From positions 832,001 through 896,000 of the forward strand of contig JBKBWQ010000001.1 in NCBI GenBank assembly GCA_046314355.1: DNA of 64,000 nucleotides. Reading direction: 5' to 3'. The notes under the pieces were generated by a model. It searched no databases and was not told the origin of the DNA. It worked only from the letters and a program-made list of their open reading frames with translations. The position numbers were made by a program, and so were the translations under genes. Source of the stretch: Candidatus Altimarinota bacterium (GTDB lineage: Bacteria; Patescibacteriota; Gracilibacteria; 1-14-2-50-48-13). How positions within the stretch are numbered: position 1 is the stretch's first letter; each line of letters begins with the position of its first letter. This document shows, in pieces, positions 1 to 9,955 of the stretch.

Positions 1-183
1 GAAAAGCTAAAGAATGGATCAATATAGCTCAAAAAAATTTTATTGGCAAGCTCTGAGACTCAATAATCACATATGGCTTCTACATATCATCTCTAGTAGC
101 CATGATAGAAAGCATGATTTATAGTAGAAAATCTTCTTTGTCTATCGTTTTTCTCTTCTTTCTCTTGTAAAAGATACGTCCCA

Positions 184-1527
184 TTATTCATATTTTCCTT
201 CATACCACTCTCTCGAATCAACGATCACATCTCCAATAAAATGCGTAAAATGAAGATGTGGTCCAGTGGCAATTCCAGTTGCACCGACAAGTCCGATTAC
301 ATCTCCCTTTTTAACCATGTCATCCTTTGCAGTCTTTCTCTCAGACATATGCATATACATCGTAAATACATTCTGCCCATGATCTATGATCACCGTATGC
401 CCATAAGAAGGAGTGTAGTCAGAGAGCACGATTTTACCATTATTTGAAGCATGTACAGGTGTCCCCGTTTTATTCGCGTAATCAATTCCAAAGTGAGAAC
501 CTGAAAGACTTCCGTTGATATAGACCGTATCTCCAAATCCCATGCTCACTTCCCCCTCAGCAGGTACTATGAAATTTCCCTCCCATAATTTTTCCGAATT
601 TGTAGTCTTTTTAGCTCCATCAATCATTGCCCAGGTCTTGCTATAAGCATCATTGCCAAATAACGTAGTCTTGCTTGGCGGCAGAGAAAAACTCTCTACA
701 TTATATTTTCTTTTTAAAACAGTAATTACTTTCTCAAAGCTTTCCTTCTCACCTCTGAGAGTCTCAGCATTGAGCACTAGTTTTTTGTCACCGATATCAT
801 TAATACGATGAAGACCTACAAATCCTCTGAAGAATTTTTGAGTAGTTCTTTCCTTGAGATCTGATAAACCTGAAGCTCTTTTAAGTAAGGTCTCAGCCTC
901 AGCGAAGTTGAGGAATCTGTCAGGCTTCACAGTACCATCTCCATATCCTTTGAATAATCCTGCCTGCATTGCCTGATACATATATGAGGCGAGTGAATGA
1001 GTCGGAGAAAGGTCAGAAAAAGATAAAGAAATCTCTACTGTTTGAGCAGGTGAAAAAGCAAGCATGAGTATTTTTGCAGCTTGAGCGCGTGTCAGAGGAT
1101 CATATGTATGAAATCTCCCATCCTCGTATCCCTTGATGATACCCAATGTCTGAGCTTTATAAATATCAGTTGCGTATTCCTGTGAGAGTGGGACATCAGG
1201 AAATAAAGTACCGCTTGAGGTATTTATTTCTCCAAAGGAATGATTTTTAAATATGATGGAAAGAAATTCACCTCTGGAGATTGGCTCAAAATCAGAGGGA
1301 GTTTGCGTCATTTCAAAAAGCTTGATCTCTTTACCAGCAAGAGTCCCCTGAACTTTAGCAAGATTATTGCCAGGAATAGCGATCTCCAAAGTCGTCCCCT
1401 GCTCTACAGAATCAGCTAACTGCATATCAAAGGCTGCCGCACTTGTAATACTTAGAAAAGATATACAGAATGCTCCAAATAATAGAATTCTTTTCATATA
1501 TAGTGAGCTACAAATAAAATTATCCAA
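184..1527 (-). CDS. SLH-domain M23 family metallopeptidase (peptidoglycan DD-endopeptidase)
   Basis: Signal peptide (MKRILLFGAF...AAA); SLH repeats (GIIKGYEDGRF..LTRAQAAKIL, GLFKGYGDGTVKPD); C-terminal M23 zinc motifs HFGID and TGPHLH. True start is probably the second Met. Confidence 0.9.
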   Translation of the reverse strand: MDNFICSSLYMKRILLFGAFCISFLSITSAAAFDMQLADSVEQGTTLEIAIPGNNLAKVQGTLAGKEIKLFEMTQTPSDFEPISRGEFLSIIFKNHSFGEINTSSGTLFPDVPLSQEYATDIYKAQTLGIIKGYEDGRFHTYDPLTRAQAAKILMLAFSPAQTVEISLSFSDLSPTHSLASYMYQAMQAGLFKGYGDGTVKPDRFLNFAEAETLLKRASGLSDLKERTTQKFFRGFVGLHRINDIGDKKLVLNAETLRGEKESFEKVITVLKRKYNVESFSLPPSKTTLFGNDAYSKTWAMIDGAKKTTNSEKLWEGNFIVPAEGEVSMGFGDTVYINGSLSGSHFGIDYANKTGTPVHASNNGKIVLSDYTPSYGHTVIIDHGQNVFTMYMHMSERKTAKDDMVKKGDVIGLVGATGIATGPHLHFTHFIGDVIVDSREWYEGKYE

Positions 1528-1602
1528 AGGAAGTATACTTAAAATTCTACTCTCATAGATTGCTTTTACAATTCATTTGTCTTTTAGATGTAAAAAAGAA
1601 AG

Positions 1603-2676
1603 TTAGGTTCGCACCCATTTTGTCCCTTCTACCTTTCGAATCTTTCCGGAAAGCTCCATCATTGTAAGCTCCATTTGAAACTCCTGAACCGTCCCTTCGT
1701 ATCTACTGAAAATATTCTCATGCTCCTCAGGTAAAAAAGAAAAGAGTTCAAGAAATGGTTCTATCATCGTACTTTCTTTGGGACTTTGAGGTACAGAAAA
1801 TCCTAAAATCTCAAGTATGCTTTTTGCATCTGTGACAGGATGTGCAGTCCCCTTCTTTAAAAGATCATTCGTGCCTACCGCATATGGTGCAAAAATATTT
1901 CCAGGCACCGCAAATACTTCTTTCCCTAGATCTACAGCAATCTCAGCAGTAATACACGCTCCAGATTTTTCTCCAGCTTCTACGACTAAAACTCCCTTTG
2001 AGAGAGCAGCTATAATTCTATTTCTCATAGGAAAATGAAAAGGTTCGGGCATCTTTCCAAGGGGAAATTCAGAGAGAAGTAAGCCGTCTTTTTTAAGCAG
2101 TTCCTCCACAAGTTTCTTATTACTTGAAGGATAGACAATATCTATTCCCGATCCGATGACAGCAATAGTTTTCCCACCATACTCCAGTACTTTTTTGTGA
2201 ACGTATGAATCTACTCCAAAAGCTAGACCGCTAACAATACTAAGATCAACATTCAAAAGATCAGGAAGAAAAGCATCAATAATCTGAGTTCCATATACAG
2301 TCATTTTACGGGTACCTACAATGGCAAAGTTGTTTGAACTTTCCAGAAGCTTCTTATTTCCTCTTAGATATAATAAGAATGGAGCAGGATTTGTTTCCAA
2401 AAAAATTCCAGGATATAAGGGATCTTTCTGAGTAATTAAAAAGATTTCTTTTTCTTTTAGATATTTTTCCATCACCGCTGGAGATATAGTCTCTTTTTTA
2501 TGAAGAGCTTTTTCTATCTGGTCATCTTTTATACCTAGCTCTTTTAATATCTTGGCGTCACAAATATCCCATACCTCTTTCCAATCACCATAGTATTTTT
2601 CAAAAAGTCTCTGAAGACGCTTATGGGTCATTCCGGGAAGCAGGTGGAGCAGTGCTAGATAAGGGTTTTGATTCAT
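1603..2676 (-). CDS. dprA: DNA-processing protein DprA
   Basis: AIVGTR, IVSGLAFGVD, FPMRNRIIAALS, VVEAGEKSGA, VFAVPG motifs; C-terminal winged-helix-like tail. Confidence 0.96.
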   Translation of the reverse strand: MNQNPYLALLHLLPGMTHKRLQRLFEKYYGDWKEVWDICDAKILKELGIKDDQIEKALHKKETISPAVMEKYLKEKEIFLITQKDPLYPGIFLETNPAPFLLYLRGNKKLLESSNNFAIVGTRKMTVYGTQIIDAFLPDLLNVDLSIVSGLAFGVDSYVHKKVLEYGGKTIAVIGSGIDIVYPSSNKKLVEELLKKDGLLLSEFPLGKMPEPFHFPMRNRIIAALSKGVLVVEAGEKSGACITAEIAVDLGKEVFAVPGNIFAPYAVGTNDLLKKGTAHPVTDAKSILEILGFSVPQSPKESTMIEPFLELFSFLPEEHENIFSRYEGTVQEFQMELTMMELSGKIRKVEGTKWVRT

Positions 2677-2846
2677 AGATATTAGAAGTTATATAAATAC
2701 TATGAAGGAAAAGGAGATTTTTTTCTAAAGAGAAAATCCTATTCTGTTGTTAGCAAATTACAACATATGAATAATAAATTTGTGGTCTTTATCTTGACCT
2801 GTATTGTTAATTTTTCTAGAGTACTTGAAATACTTTTTCTTCTCTC

Positions 2847-3461
2847 ATGCAGCTCCACGAAAACATCAATAAAATAGCAGTCATAGGAACCTTTGGATGC
2901 GGGAAGTCCACAGTGGTTGATGATATCAAAGAAGAATTAAAAGACTCGAAAGCATCAGTACAAATTATAGAGGAATATCCTAAAAAACTTTTTCTTTCCG
3001 CTCCATACAATTCCCTCCCTACAGAGCAATGGCCCAAGGAGTGGTATCAGGAGATCCAAGAGAAAACAATACGGGGCGTAATTGAAGAAGAAAAAGATCT
3101 TCATCCTCAAAAAAAACTCTCTATTGTGGAGAGTTATTGGGCGAATATTCTTCCCTATACTATTTTGAATTTTGGAGAAGGTCACTGCCTCACTTCTCTT
3201 GTAAGAAAAAAGCTAGAAGAGACTTTGGATCAAACATTTTATATATACCTTTCTCATCAATCAATTCCACTAGATACTCTCAACCGACATGCAGATATTA
3301 GCTTACGAAATATCATTGCGCACCAGATTAAAGATATTCTTACACAGAACAAAGCAAACTACACTTCTCTCGATGAAGATAAGAATGTGAGAAAAAATTA
3401 TATAAAAGAACTTTCAGAGACTATTCTTCATTCAGCTCACTATGAGCTTTTGAAGTCTTAG
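2847..3461 (+). CDS. P-loop nucleotide kinase-like ATPase (AAA_28/NadR-Ttd14-like)
   Basis: N-terminal KIAVIGTFGCGKST Walker A with kinase-fold spacing; 3' end overlaps the rsmI 3' end by 41 bp. Confidence 0.65.
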   Translation: MQLHENINKIAVIGTFGCGKSTVVDDIKEELKDSKASVQIIEEYPKKLFLSAPYNSLPTEQWPKEWYQEIQEKTIRGVIEEEKDLHPQKKLSIVESYWANILPYTILNFGEGHCLTSLVRKKLEETLDQTFYIYLSHQSIPLDTLNRHADISLRNIIAHQIKDILTQNKANYTSLDEDKNVRKNYIKELSETILHSAHYELLKS

Positions 3462-4206
3462 GCAGGTATTTCTGTTTCTTTACACGAGGTATTTTTACTG
3501 CAGGTTTTTCATCACCACTTTCCGACTCATCCCAGTTCTCTGGAGCTATGATCATTACAAATTCTCCTTGGATCTTTGATCGCTGTCTAAAAATAGCATA
3601 AAGCTCACTGACAGTTCCTTTCAGAAACTCCTCGTGGATCTTAGTAAGTTCCCGTGCTAGGACTATCTGACGATCCGGCATAATCAGAGTCATCTTTTCA
3701 AGAGTCCGGAGGATTCTATATGGCGACTCATAAGTGACGATTGTTTCATTTGTAAGTGTGGCAAATTTTTTGAATAGTGCCTCTCTTCCTTTTTTCGCAG
3801 GAAGAAATCCATAGTACCAAAATCTATTTGTAGGAAGTCCACTTGCCATGAGTGCAGTGAGAAAAGCACTTGCTCCCGGGATAGGAATAACACTTATATT
3901 TTCTTTTCGGCAAGCCTGTATGAGCATATATCCAGGATCTGAGATCCCTGGTGTACCAGCATCTGAGATAATAGCAGCAGACTTCCCTTCTCCCAGCATT
4001 CCCATTATTTTTGCAAGATCCCGTTCTGAGGAATGTGCATGAAAACTAATGAGTGGTTTTGAAATCTCAAAGTGAAAGAGAAGTTTTGAGGAATGACGAG
4101 TATCTTCGCAGATAATAAAATCCACTGTCTTAAGTGTTTCTAAAGCACGCAGCGTAATATCCTGCAGATTCCCTATCGGAGTTGCTACAATATATAGTGA
4201 AGCCAT
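3421..4206 (-). CDS. rsmI: 16S rRNA (cytidine1402-2'-O)-methyltransferase
   Basis: LYIVATPIGNLQDIT, CEDTR, SDAGTPGISDPG, YESPYR, ARELTKIHEE. Confidence 0.97.
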   Translation of the reverse strand: MASLYIVATPIGNLQDITLRALETLKTVDFIICEDTRHSSKLLFHFEISKPLISFHAHSSERDLAKIMGMLGEGKSAAIISDAGTPGISDPGYMLIQACRKENISVIPIPGASAFLTALMASGLPTNRFWYYGFLPAKKGREALFKKFATLTNETIVTYESPYRILRTLEKMTLIMPDRQIVLARELTKIHEEFLKGTVSELYAIFRQRSKIQGEFVMIIAPENWDESESGDEKPAVKIPRVKKQKYLPKTSKAHSELNEE

Positions 4207-4207
4207 A

Positions 4208-6538
4208 CTAGAACTTCAAGAAAATAAATCCGCTCATTGTACTCATAAACCCTCCAAGCAGTGCAAGCACAATATTCTTCTCATTCTCCACTGGATGAGT
4301 ATTTGTAAATACTTCAGATGAAACAACATCACCTTGAACAGCGACATTTGCAGAATATCCTGCGGTAATTTGTGAGACATTCTCTATTGCAATGTCCTTA
4401 AGATTCGGAAGAGTAGTATTACCCGGTGCTTTTACAATAGAAGCAGTAGTTTTCGGCAAAACCTTAACCGTAGATTTAACTGCCGTCTTTACTTGAGTTT
4501 TTGCAGAGCTCACTGTAACCTTTTCATCATTTTTTATATCAACAGTTATAGTCTCCCCTGCTCCAGGATCTGTATATTCTAAAGTATCTATTACAACGCC
4601 GTCTTGAGATTTAAGCGCAATAGTTCCTGAATTTGGAATAGTCTTTGCAATATCTTCACCGGATAGCTTTTTCTTTTCTCCGGAAGCTATAGCGAGAGTA
4701 GATTTGAGAGCAGTATCCTTATCATTGATACTGATTATAAGTCCATTTAGTTCAACATTATCCTTCCCTGTATTCTGGATTTCAATCCATTCTGATGCCT
4801 TTGTATCTGTACCATCTGGATTTGGAAACAGAGCAGTTATTTTTAAATCCGAAAAGCCTCCTGCAATTCCCTGGCTAGCTCCTGCTTCTGTCATAATGAA
4901 AGGCGCAGATGCAAAGGACTGTACTTTATTGATATCTGTAATTTTTACTATAAGAGCCATATCAACAACACCGTCGGAATCCCATGAAAAATTTCCTAAT
5001 GCGTCACTTCTTACTTCTGCCACGAATTCTTCACTGGCAGTATATATCCCTACAGTCGCCGCGGGGAGAGTTCTTCCCGTCAGCATACCGTTTGCAGCAT
5101 GCAGTATGATCATATCCGCAAGGAGCTTCTTGTAGAAATACTTCTGAAATCCTCCAGTGAGTTCCTGCCCTTTATCATAGAAATCCGGCAGACCATTTTT
5201 GTTGGAATCAAAACGGGATGTAAGTGTTCCAAAATACTCTTCGTCATGCTTATTGAGCATATCTCCATCTTTGTCCTCAAGATATGTATAGGCGATAATA
5301 TTTTCTTTTCCTTGTGTCGGGAAATCTGTAGCTCCATAGAGCGCCGGGACTTCCTGAGTTGTAAATATTCTTCGAGTATTATTATATCTCGCAAAACTCT
5401 GCCCGCCCTTAAGAGGATAGATATGAATCTCATCTGCAATATTCCGCTCGCTATCCAGCAGATAAAACACATTTGCAGACTGCATCTGTGTTGAGAGGCT
5501 TAGTACTTTATAATTTTTAGAGTAGAGAAAAGTATTTGCATCAAACTTTATGCATGAGCTCTTTACAGTACATTTTCCTTCCTTCTCAGTAGTGATCATC
5601 CATCCACTGATATCAATTTTTTTCTGTGCAGATGATGTCAGTTCCATCCATGAACTATTATCTATAGTACTGCCTGAGCCTAGATATACTTCGTTGATTT
5701 TAGCGCCGTAATTTTTCACCTTTTGTAGTCCTCGCTCTACTCTAAAATGAGCTTCTTCTATCTTTGAAGATCTCCCTTCCACCACAGCATAGAATAAAAT
5801 ATCCATATCTGCTTCCAGCACGAGTGGTCCTTTATAGACTTCTTGAGACGCGGGATCAGGATTATTCCCATCGAGCGAATAATAAATATCTGCATCAGGA
5901 TTAGAACTAGATAATATGATCTTTGTTCCAAATGGATATGATCCGTCAATATGATCAGACATAACTTCAAGACTATCCTTCATATTTATATTTCCCGGAG
6001 TGGCAGGAGTGGATTCAAGGGAACAGAAAAGCAGTTCATAGACATCACAGAATCTACTGAGAGACTTCCCTTTTACAAGATCAGTTTTTGTATACTCAAC
6101 CATGTCCCGCTCTGTACCGTCAGTGCTTTTGAGTGTAATAGTATCTCCGCTATTATTCATGCTTACTGACTTCTCAAGCAGTACATATCCCTTTCCACCA
6201 ATAGTTACTTCATCGTTTATTGTAAAAATCGTGCCATTCTTGTTTGTTAGAGACCATTTATTCAAAGAGACAGCTTCGGATCCATAATTATAAAGTTCCA
6301 TGAATTCTTTTTCTCCCTTGGTAGTATCGGGATTTGCATATACTTCGTTGATAACTACAGTATACACATCTGATGCACCTGCATTATCTGACATACTGTT
6401 TATAGTGCCTTTTGTCGGGATAGTCCATTCCCAGACTCCCTCTTCTGCATAGCTTATCTGCAGGGCACCAGCTAATACAGCTGAAAAAATACACACCTGC
6501 AGCACTCTTATTCCAAATATACTTTTGACGCGGTTCAT
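4208..6538 (-). CDS. Lamin-tail-domain surface protein with Fn3-associated domain and C-terminal membrane anchor
   Basis: Signal peptide; three LTD-like starts (VVINEVYANP..EFMELYN, KINEVY..WMEL, ITALFPNPDG..EWIEIQN); IYYSLDGNNP Fn3-associated motif; hydrophobic C-terminus. Confidence 0.8.
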   Translation of the reverse strand: MNRVKSIFGIRVLQVCIFSAVLAGALQISYAEEGVWEWTIPTKGTINSMSDNAGASDVYTVVINEVYANPDTTKGEKEFMELYNYGSEAVSLNKWSLTNKNGTIFTINDEVTIGGKGYVLLEKSVSMNNSGDTITLKSTDGTERDMVEYTKTDLVKGKSLSRFCDVYELLFCSLESTPATPGNINMKDSLEVMSDHIDGSYPFGTKIILSSSNPDADIYYSLDGNNPDPASQEVYKGPLVLEADMDILFYAVVEGRSSKIEEAHFRVERGLQKVKNYGAKINEVYLGSGSTIDNSSWMELTSSAQKKIDISGWMITTEKEGKCTVKSSCIKFDANTFLYSKNYKVLSLSTQMQSANVFYLLDSERNIADEIHIYPLKGGQSFARYNNTRRIFTTQEVPALYGATDFPTQGKENIIAYTYLEDKDGDMLNKHDEEYFGTLTSRFDSNKNGLPDFYDKGQELTGGFQKYFYKKLLADMIILHAANGMLTGRTLPAATVGIYTASEEFVAEVRSDALGNFSWDSDGVVDMALIVKITDINKVQSFASAPFIMTEAGASQGIAGGFSDLKITALFPNPDGTDTKASEWIEIQNTGKDNVELNGLIISINDKDTALKSTLAIASGEKKKLSGEDIAKTIPNSGTIALKSQDGVVIDTLEYTDPGAGETITVDIKNDEKVTVSSAKTQVKTAVKSTVKVLPKTTASIVKAPGNTTLPNLKDIAIENVSQITAGYSANVAVQGDVVSSEVFTNTHPVENEKNIVLALLGGFMSTMSGFIFLKF

Positions 6539-6668
6539 ATGAGTATGGACAACTTAAAAAAACGTGCCCCTAGTCTATCATGACTGCACTCATATACAAC
6601 TCTTCTCTTCTATTTAGTGTAGTAATAGTTTAGAAACAATGCTCTTATACCATCACTAGAGCAAATTA

Positions 6669-7790
6669 TTACATTGCAAGTCTCGCAATTGTTGAGATGA
6701 CCGCATAGGAAGAAATCACAATGATTATTCCCATAACTACTCTACGTACTATCCCATATCCCTTTTTCTTATTATCAGGAGTCACTCCCGATGAGACTAT
6801 AAGTACGCCTGCATAGATCAGCATAACTACAGCGATAAAGGACATGAATCCAAGCATATAGTTTGCGATATTCATCAGAAGCGAGATACCATACGCAACA
6901 TCCGGACCAAGTCTTGGATTAGACGAAGTAGGAAGACCATATACCGCTTTTACAAAGTACTGTCCCATCATCATCACTACAAGTCCCAGAGCTGTATTGA
7001 TAAGCCCTTCTCTTGCAGACTTTATCTTTTCAGGGTCACCTTGAGCAGTAATGATACGGAAAGTAGAAATAATAATAAAGAGAATAGCAAAGGCTGCGAC
7101 AAAACCGAAGAAATAATTGAGAAGCGGATATACTACCTTCTCAGATACAAGTATAGGACTTGTAGCATCCCGGAAGTTGACTACAAATGTTGGATCTGAC
7201 ACCGGAGTCATATGGACATAAAGATTTGGTGAGGCTGTATAGCATAATTTACCCTGTATCTCTGCAGCAGTACAAGGAATGTTCGTAGCAGCAGTAATAG
7301 CATCATTATTCGAAGTTGGATCAGAATAAATATTTGCCACAAAGAATCTTGCGGAATGCATTACGACCATACCAATTGCAATATCTCTGATCACAGTAAA
7401 CTGCTTCTTTACAGCTTCTTCTCCATTCTGGTCAATCACCATCTTCACACCCGCAAGTATTATAAATAATACCGCAATCGCAGTAATAACCCATACTAGG
7501 ATATCTAGAACAAACAGTATGGAGTTTCGGATGACTAGTTCTGGAGCAAGGTCTTGTCCTTGAGTATTCTGTGTAAGCTGTTTATAAATAGTCGGATATT
7601 TATTGAGGTTTGTCGTAGTATCAAGCGCTCCATTAGTTTCACCATACTTGTCAAAAAAATCCTGATAAGTCGTGCTTGCATGAGCACTTTCCATAGAAAT
7701 AATACCGGAAGAATATACTGCTGCCCCCAATAGAAGTGTACACAGTATAATACTTACAAACCGCAGATGATTTTTAAACAAAGATAGCAT
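6669..7790 (-). CDS. Tandem (3x) VirB2/TrbC-like pilin-domain membrane protein
   Basis: Three units of hydrophobic helix, G-x-x-E/K-rich loop, hydrophobic helix (e.g. IITAQGDPEKIKSAREGLINTALGL). Confidence 0.75.
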   Translation of the reverse strand: MLSLFKNHLRFVSIILCTLLLGAAVYSSGIISMESAHASTTYQDFFDKYGETNGALDTTTNLNKYPTIYKQLTQNTQGQDLAPELVIRNSILFVLDILVWVITAIAVLFIILAGVKMVIDQNGEEAVKKQFTVIRDIAIGMVVMHSARFFVANIYSDPTSNNDAITAATNIPCTAAEIQGKLCYTASPNLYVHMTPVSDPTFVVNFRDATSPILVSEKVVYPLLNYFFGFVAAFAILFIIISTFRIITAQGDPEKIKSAREGLINTALGLVVMMMGQYFVKAVYGLPTSSNPRLGPDVAYGISLLMNIANYMLGFMSFIAVVMLIYAGVLIVSSGVTPDNKKKGYGIVRRVVMGIIIVISSYAVISTIARLAM

Positions 7791-8697
7791 TTCGTATAAC
7801 TTCAGAAACTAAAGCGTAGGCACTATATGCAATAATAACCGCAAAGATAGTACCTATAAAAATATTTTTAGCCTTTTTGATCCTATCCTCCTGACCATTG
7901 GCGGTCACATAGTAAAAGCCGGCAAGAATCATGAAGAAAAGAGCAATAGGACCCATCACGGTAAGAAGCGCTCCGCCAATATTTAAGATCAGCTCAGTAC
8001 CCCTCTGAGCACTTGTGGCACTACTATCTGTAACTCCTGGCGTCAGTTCGTAGCCATTTGGTATAAATACCTTCTGGACTAGATCCGCAATAGTCATCAC
8101 AAAAAGACCCGTTGCAATGGCAGTAAGATGCTTCTTTTCTGAATCAATCTTTGTAGACCTTGGTGAGAGAATCTTAAAGCCTGTAAGCACAATAAGCACC
8201 ACTGATACTGTGGCCATAGAGAACTTAATGAGATTCAATATGAGATTCAAAAATCCAAGGAAGGCTGATTTACTAAAGAGATCTCCTCCCGATGTAGCTG
8301 GATTAAAGATAGAAAGCCCCAGGTCTCCTATATTGATAATAATAAATCCATAAAGCGCATAGAGGAAAGAATTCTGCTTTTTCTTCAGCATATCTTCATT
8401 AGACATATTCATGATCATATCCATACCAATGAAAATGATATATCCCACTGCAATTGCCTGAAGAATGATTTTGATGAAATTAATCACCCTAGTCACAAGA
8501 TAAGTAACCATAGACTCGCTGCTTGCACCTGGGGTACCTTCAATCTTAGGCAGATCGATAGAGCTCTCTCCGAAGATTGGGAGACCTGTGGCAGTGGCGT
8601 GTGGAATATGCAGGAGAATAGTAGCAAGCACTGCTGCAGCTGCTCCCATGAGTACATGAATCCAGAGGTTTCTATTGCGTAGTTGAAAAAAAGTCAT
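7774..8697 (-). CDS. Tandem (3x) VirB2/TrbC-like pilin-domain membrane protein
   Basis: Signal peptide plus three pilin-like units (e.g. AGFYYVTANGQEDRIKKAKNIFIGTIFAV); overlaps the downstream gene by 17 bp. Confidence 0.75.
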   Translation of the reverse strand: MTFFQLRNRNLWIHVLMGAAAAVLATILLHIPHATATGLPIFGESSIDLPKIEGTPGASSESMVTYLVTRVINFIKIILQAIAVGYIIFIGMDMIMNMSNEDMLKKKQNSFLYALYGFIIINIGDLGLSIFNPATSGGDLFSKSAFLGFLNLILNLIKFSMATVSVVLIVLTGFKILSPRSTKIDSEKKHLTAIATGLFVMTIADLVQKVFIPNGYELTPGVTDSSATSAQRGTELILNIGGALLTVMGPIALFFMILAGFYYVTANGQEDRIKKAKNIFIGTIFAVIIAYSAYALVSEVIRNAIFV

Positions 8698-8763
8698 TAG
8701 TCTTGAGGAAAGTACGAAGAAGAATTCTTCTTATTATACCATTACCACTCTCACTTTCACAAG

Positions 8764-9795
8764 ATGCAACTTAATGATTTTGATTACGAGCTGCCTGAAA
8801 AATATATTGCCCATTCCCCTCTTGACCCCAGAGATCATTCAAAACTCATGGTCATCGATAGAAAAACAAGAACCATCACTCATCATCACTTCTATAATCT
8901 GCCCGATTTACTACCTGCAGACACAGTTTTAGTACGAAATAGTTCTCGGGTTATCAAAGCACGTCTCAAAGGAACTTTACCTACAGGCGGTCATGTGGAG
9001 CTCTTCTTTTCTGAACCAAAAGGAAAAAAAGGAGGAGTATTTCTCGTGAAACCTGGAAGAAAGTTTAAAGATGGTTCTATGGTAAATGTCACTATTAATG
9101 GTGAAAGTCTGCAGATCCAAGTACGTGGTGAACTCCCTACTGGTGAACGTGAACTTGTATTTCTCAATCTCCAGTCTACTCTTGAAGATTTTCTGAAAAA
9201 GCACGGAGAAATCCCTCTGCCTCCGTACATCAAACAAGAGGATCCTAATACATTTGAAAAAAGATATCAGACTATGTACGCAAAAGAAGAAGGATCAGTA
9301 GCAGCACCTACCGCAGGTCTGCATTTTACACCTGAAGTAATGAAGAATCTTGAGAACAAAGGAATTAAAGCTTTAGATGTAACACTTCATGTAGGTCTTG
9401 GTACATTTCTCCCTGTTAAAACTGAGAACGTCCTGGAACATCATATGCATGAGGAGCGGTATCATATTGAGGAGAATATCTGGAAAGAAATATTGAAAGC
9501 AAAGGAAGAACATCATCCTATTCTTTCCATAGGAACAACGACTACACGAGTATTAGAGCATGTAGCAGTTCATCCAGATAACCTCACAGGAGCAACTTCT
9601 ATTTTCATCTATCCTCCGTATGAGTTTAAAATAATAGATATGCTGCTTACCAATTTTCACCTTCCGAAAAGTACACTCCTCATACTTATCTCAGCCTTTA
9701 TCGGAGATCGTGAATTTGCACTTCACGCGTATGAAGAGGCGAAGAAGAATGATTACCGGTTCTTTAGTTTTGGTGATGCTATGCTGATTATATAG
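8764..9795 (+). CDS. queA: S-adenosylmethionine:tRNA ribosyltransferase-isomerase
   Basis: DFDYELP, PLPPYI, GSVAAPTAGLHFT, TLHVGLGTF, TNFHLPKSTL, YRFFSFGDAMLI. Confidence 0.98.
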   Translation: MQLNDFDYELPEKYIAHSPLDPRDHSKLMVIDRKTRTITHHHFYNLPDLLPADTVLVRNSSRVIKARLKGTLPTGGHVELFFSEPKGKKGGVFLVKPGRKFKDGSMVNVTINGESLQIQVRGELPTGERELVFLNLQSTLEDFLKKHGEIPLPPYIKQEDPNTFEKRYQTMYAKEEGSVAAPTAGLHFTPEVMKNLENKGIKALDVTLHVGLGTFLPVKTENVLEHHMHEERYHIEENIWKEILKAKEEHHPILSIGTTTTRVLEHVAVHPDNLTGATSIFIYPPYEFKIIDMLLTNFHLPKSTLLILISAFIGDREFALHAYEEAKKNDYRFFSFGDAMLII

Positions 9796-9907
9796 TCTTC
9801 ATCCCGTTCGAAACTGATACTAGAAGCTACCAAGACTTTCACAACAAAATCCAACTCACAATTTGATTAGTACACAAATTAAGAAATATTTATATAAAGG
9901 TAATCTC

Positions 9908-9938
9908 AAAAAGAGCCGTCATATCTGACAGCTCTTTT
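9908..9938. terminator. Bidirectional intrinsic terminator
   Basis: aaaaagagccgtca-tatc-tgacagctctttt between convergent queA and GT2 genes. Confidence 0.8.
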
Positions 9939-9955
9939 ATTTAATATGGAAATTA

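Noticed and set aside
1-183. Possible gene end at the window start (KAKEWINIAQKNFIGKL*)
   Set aside because: Too short to assign a frame or family.
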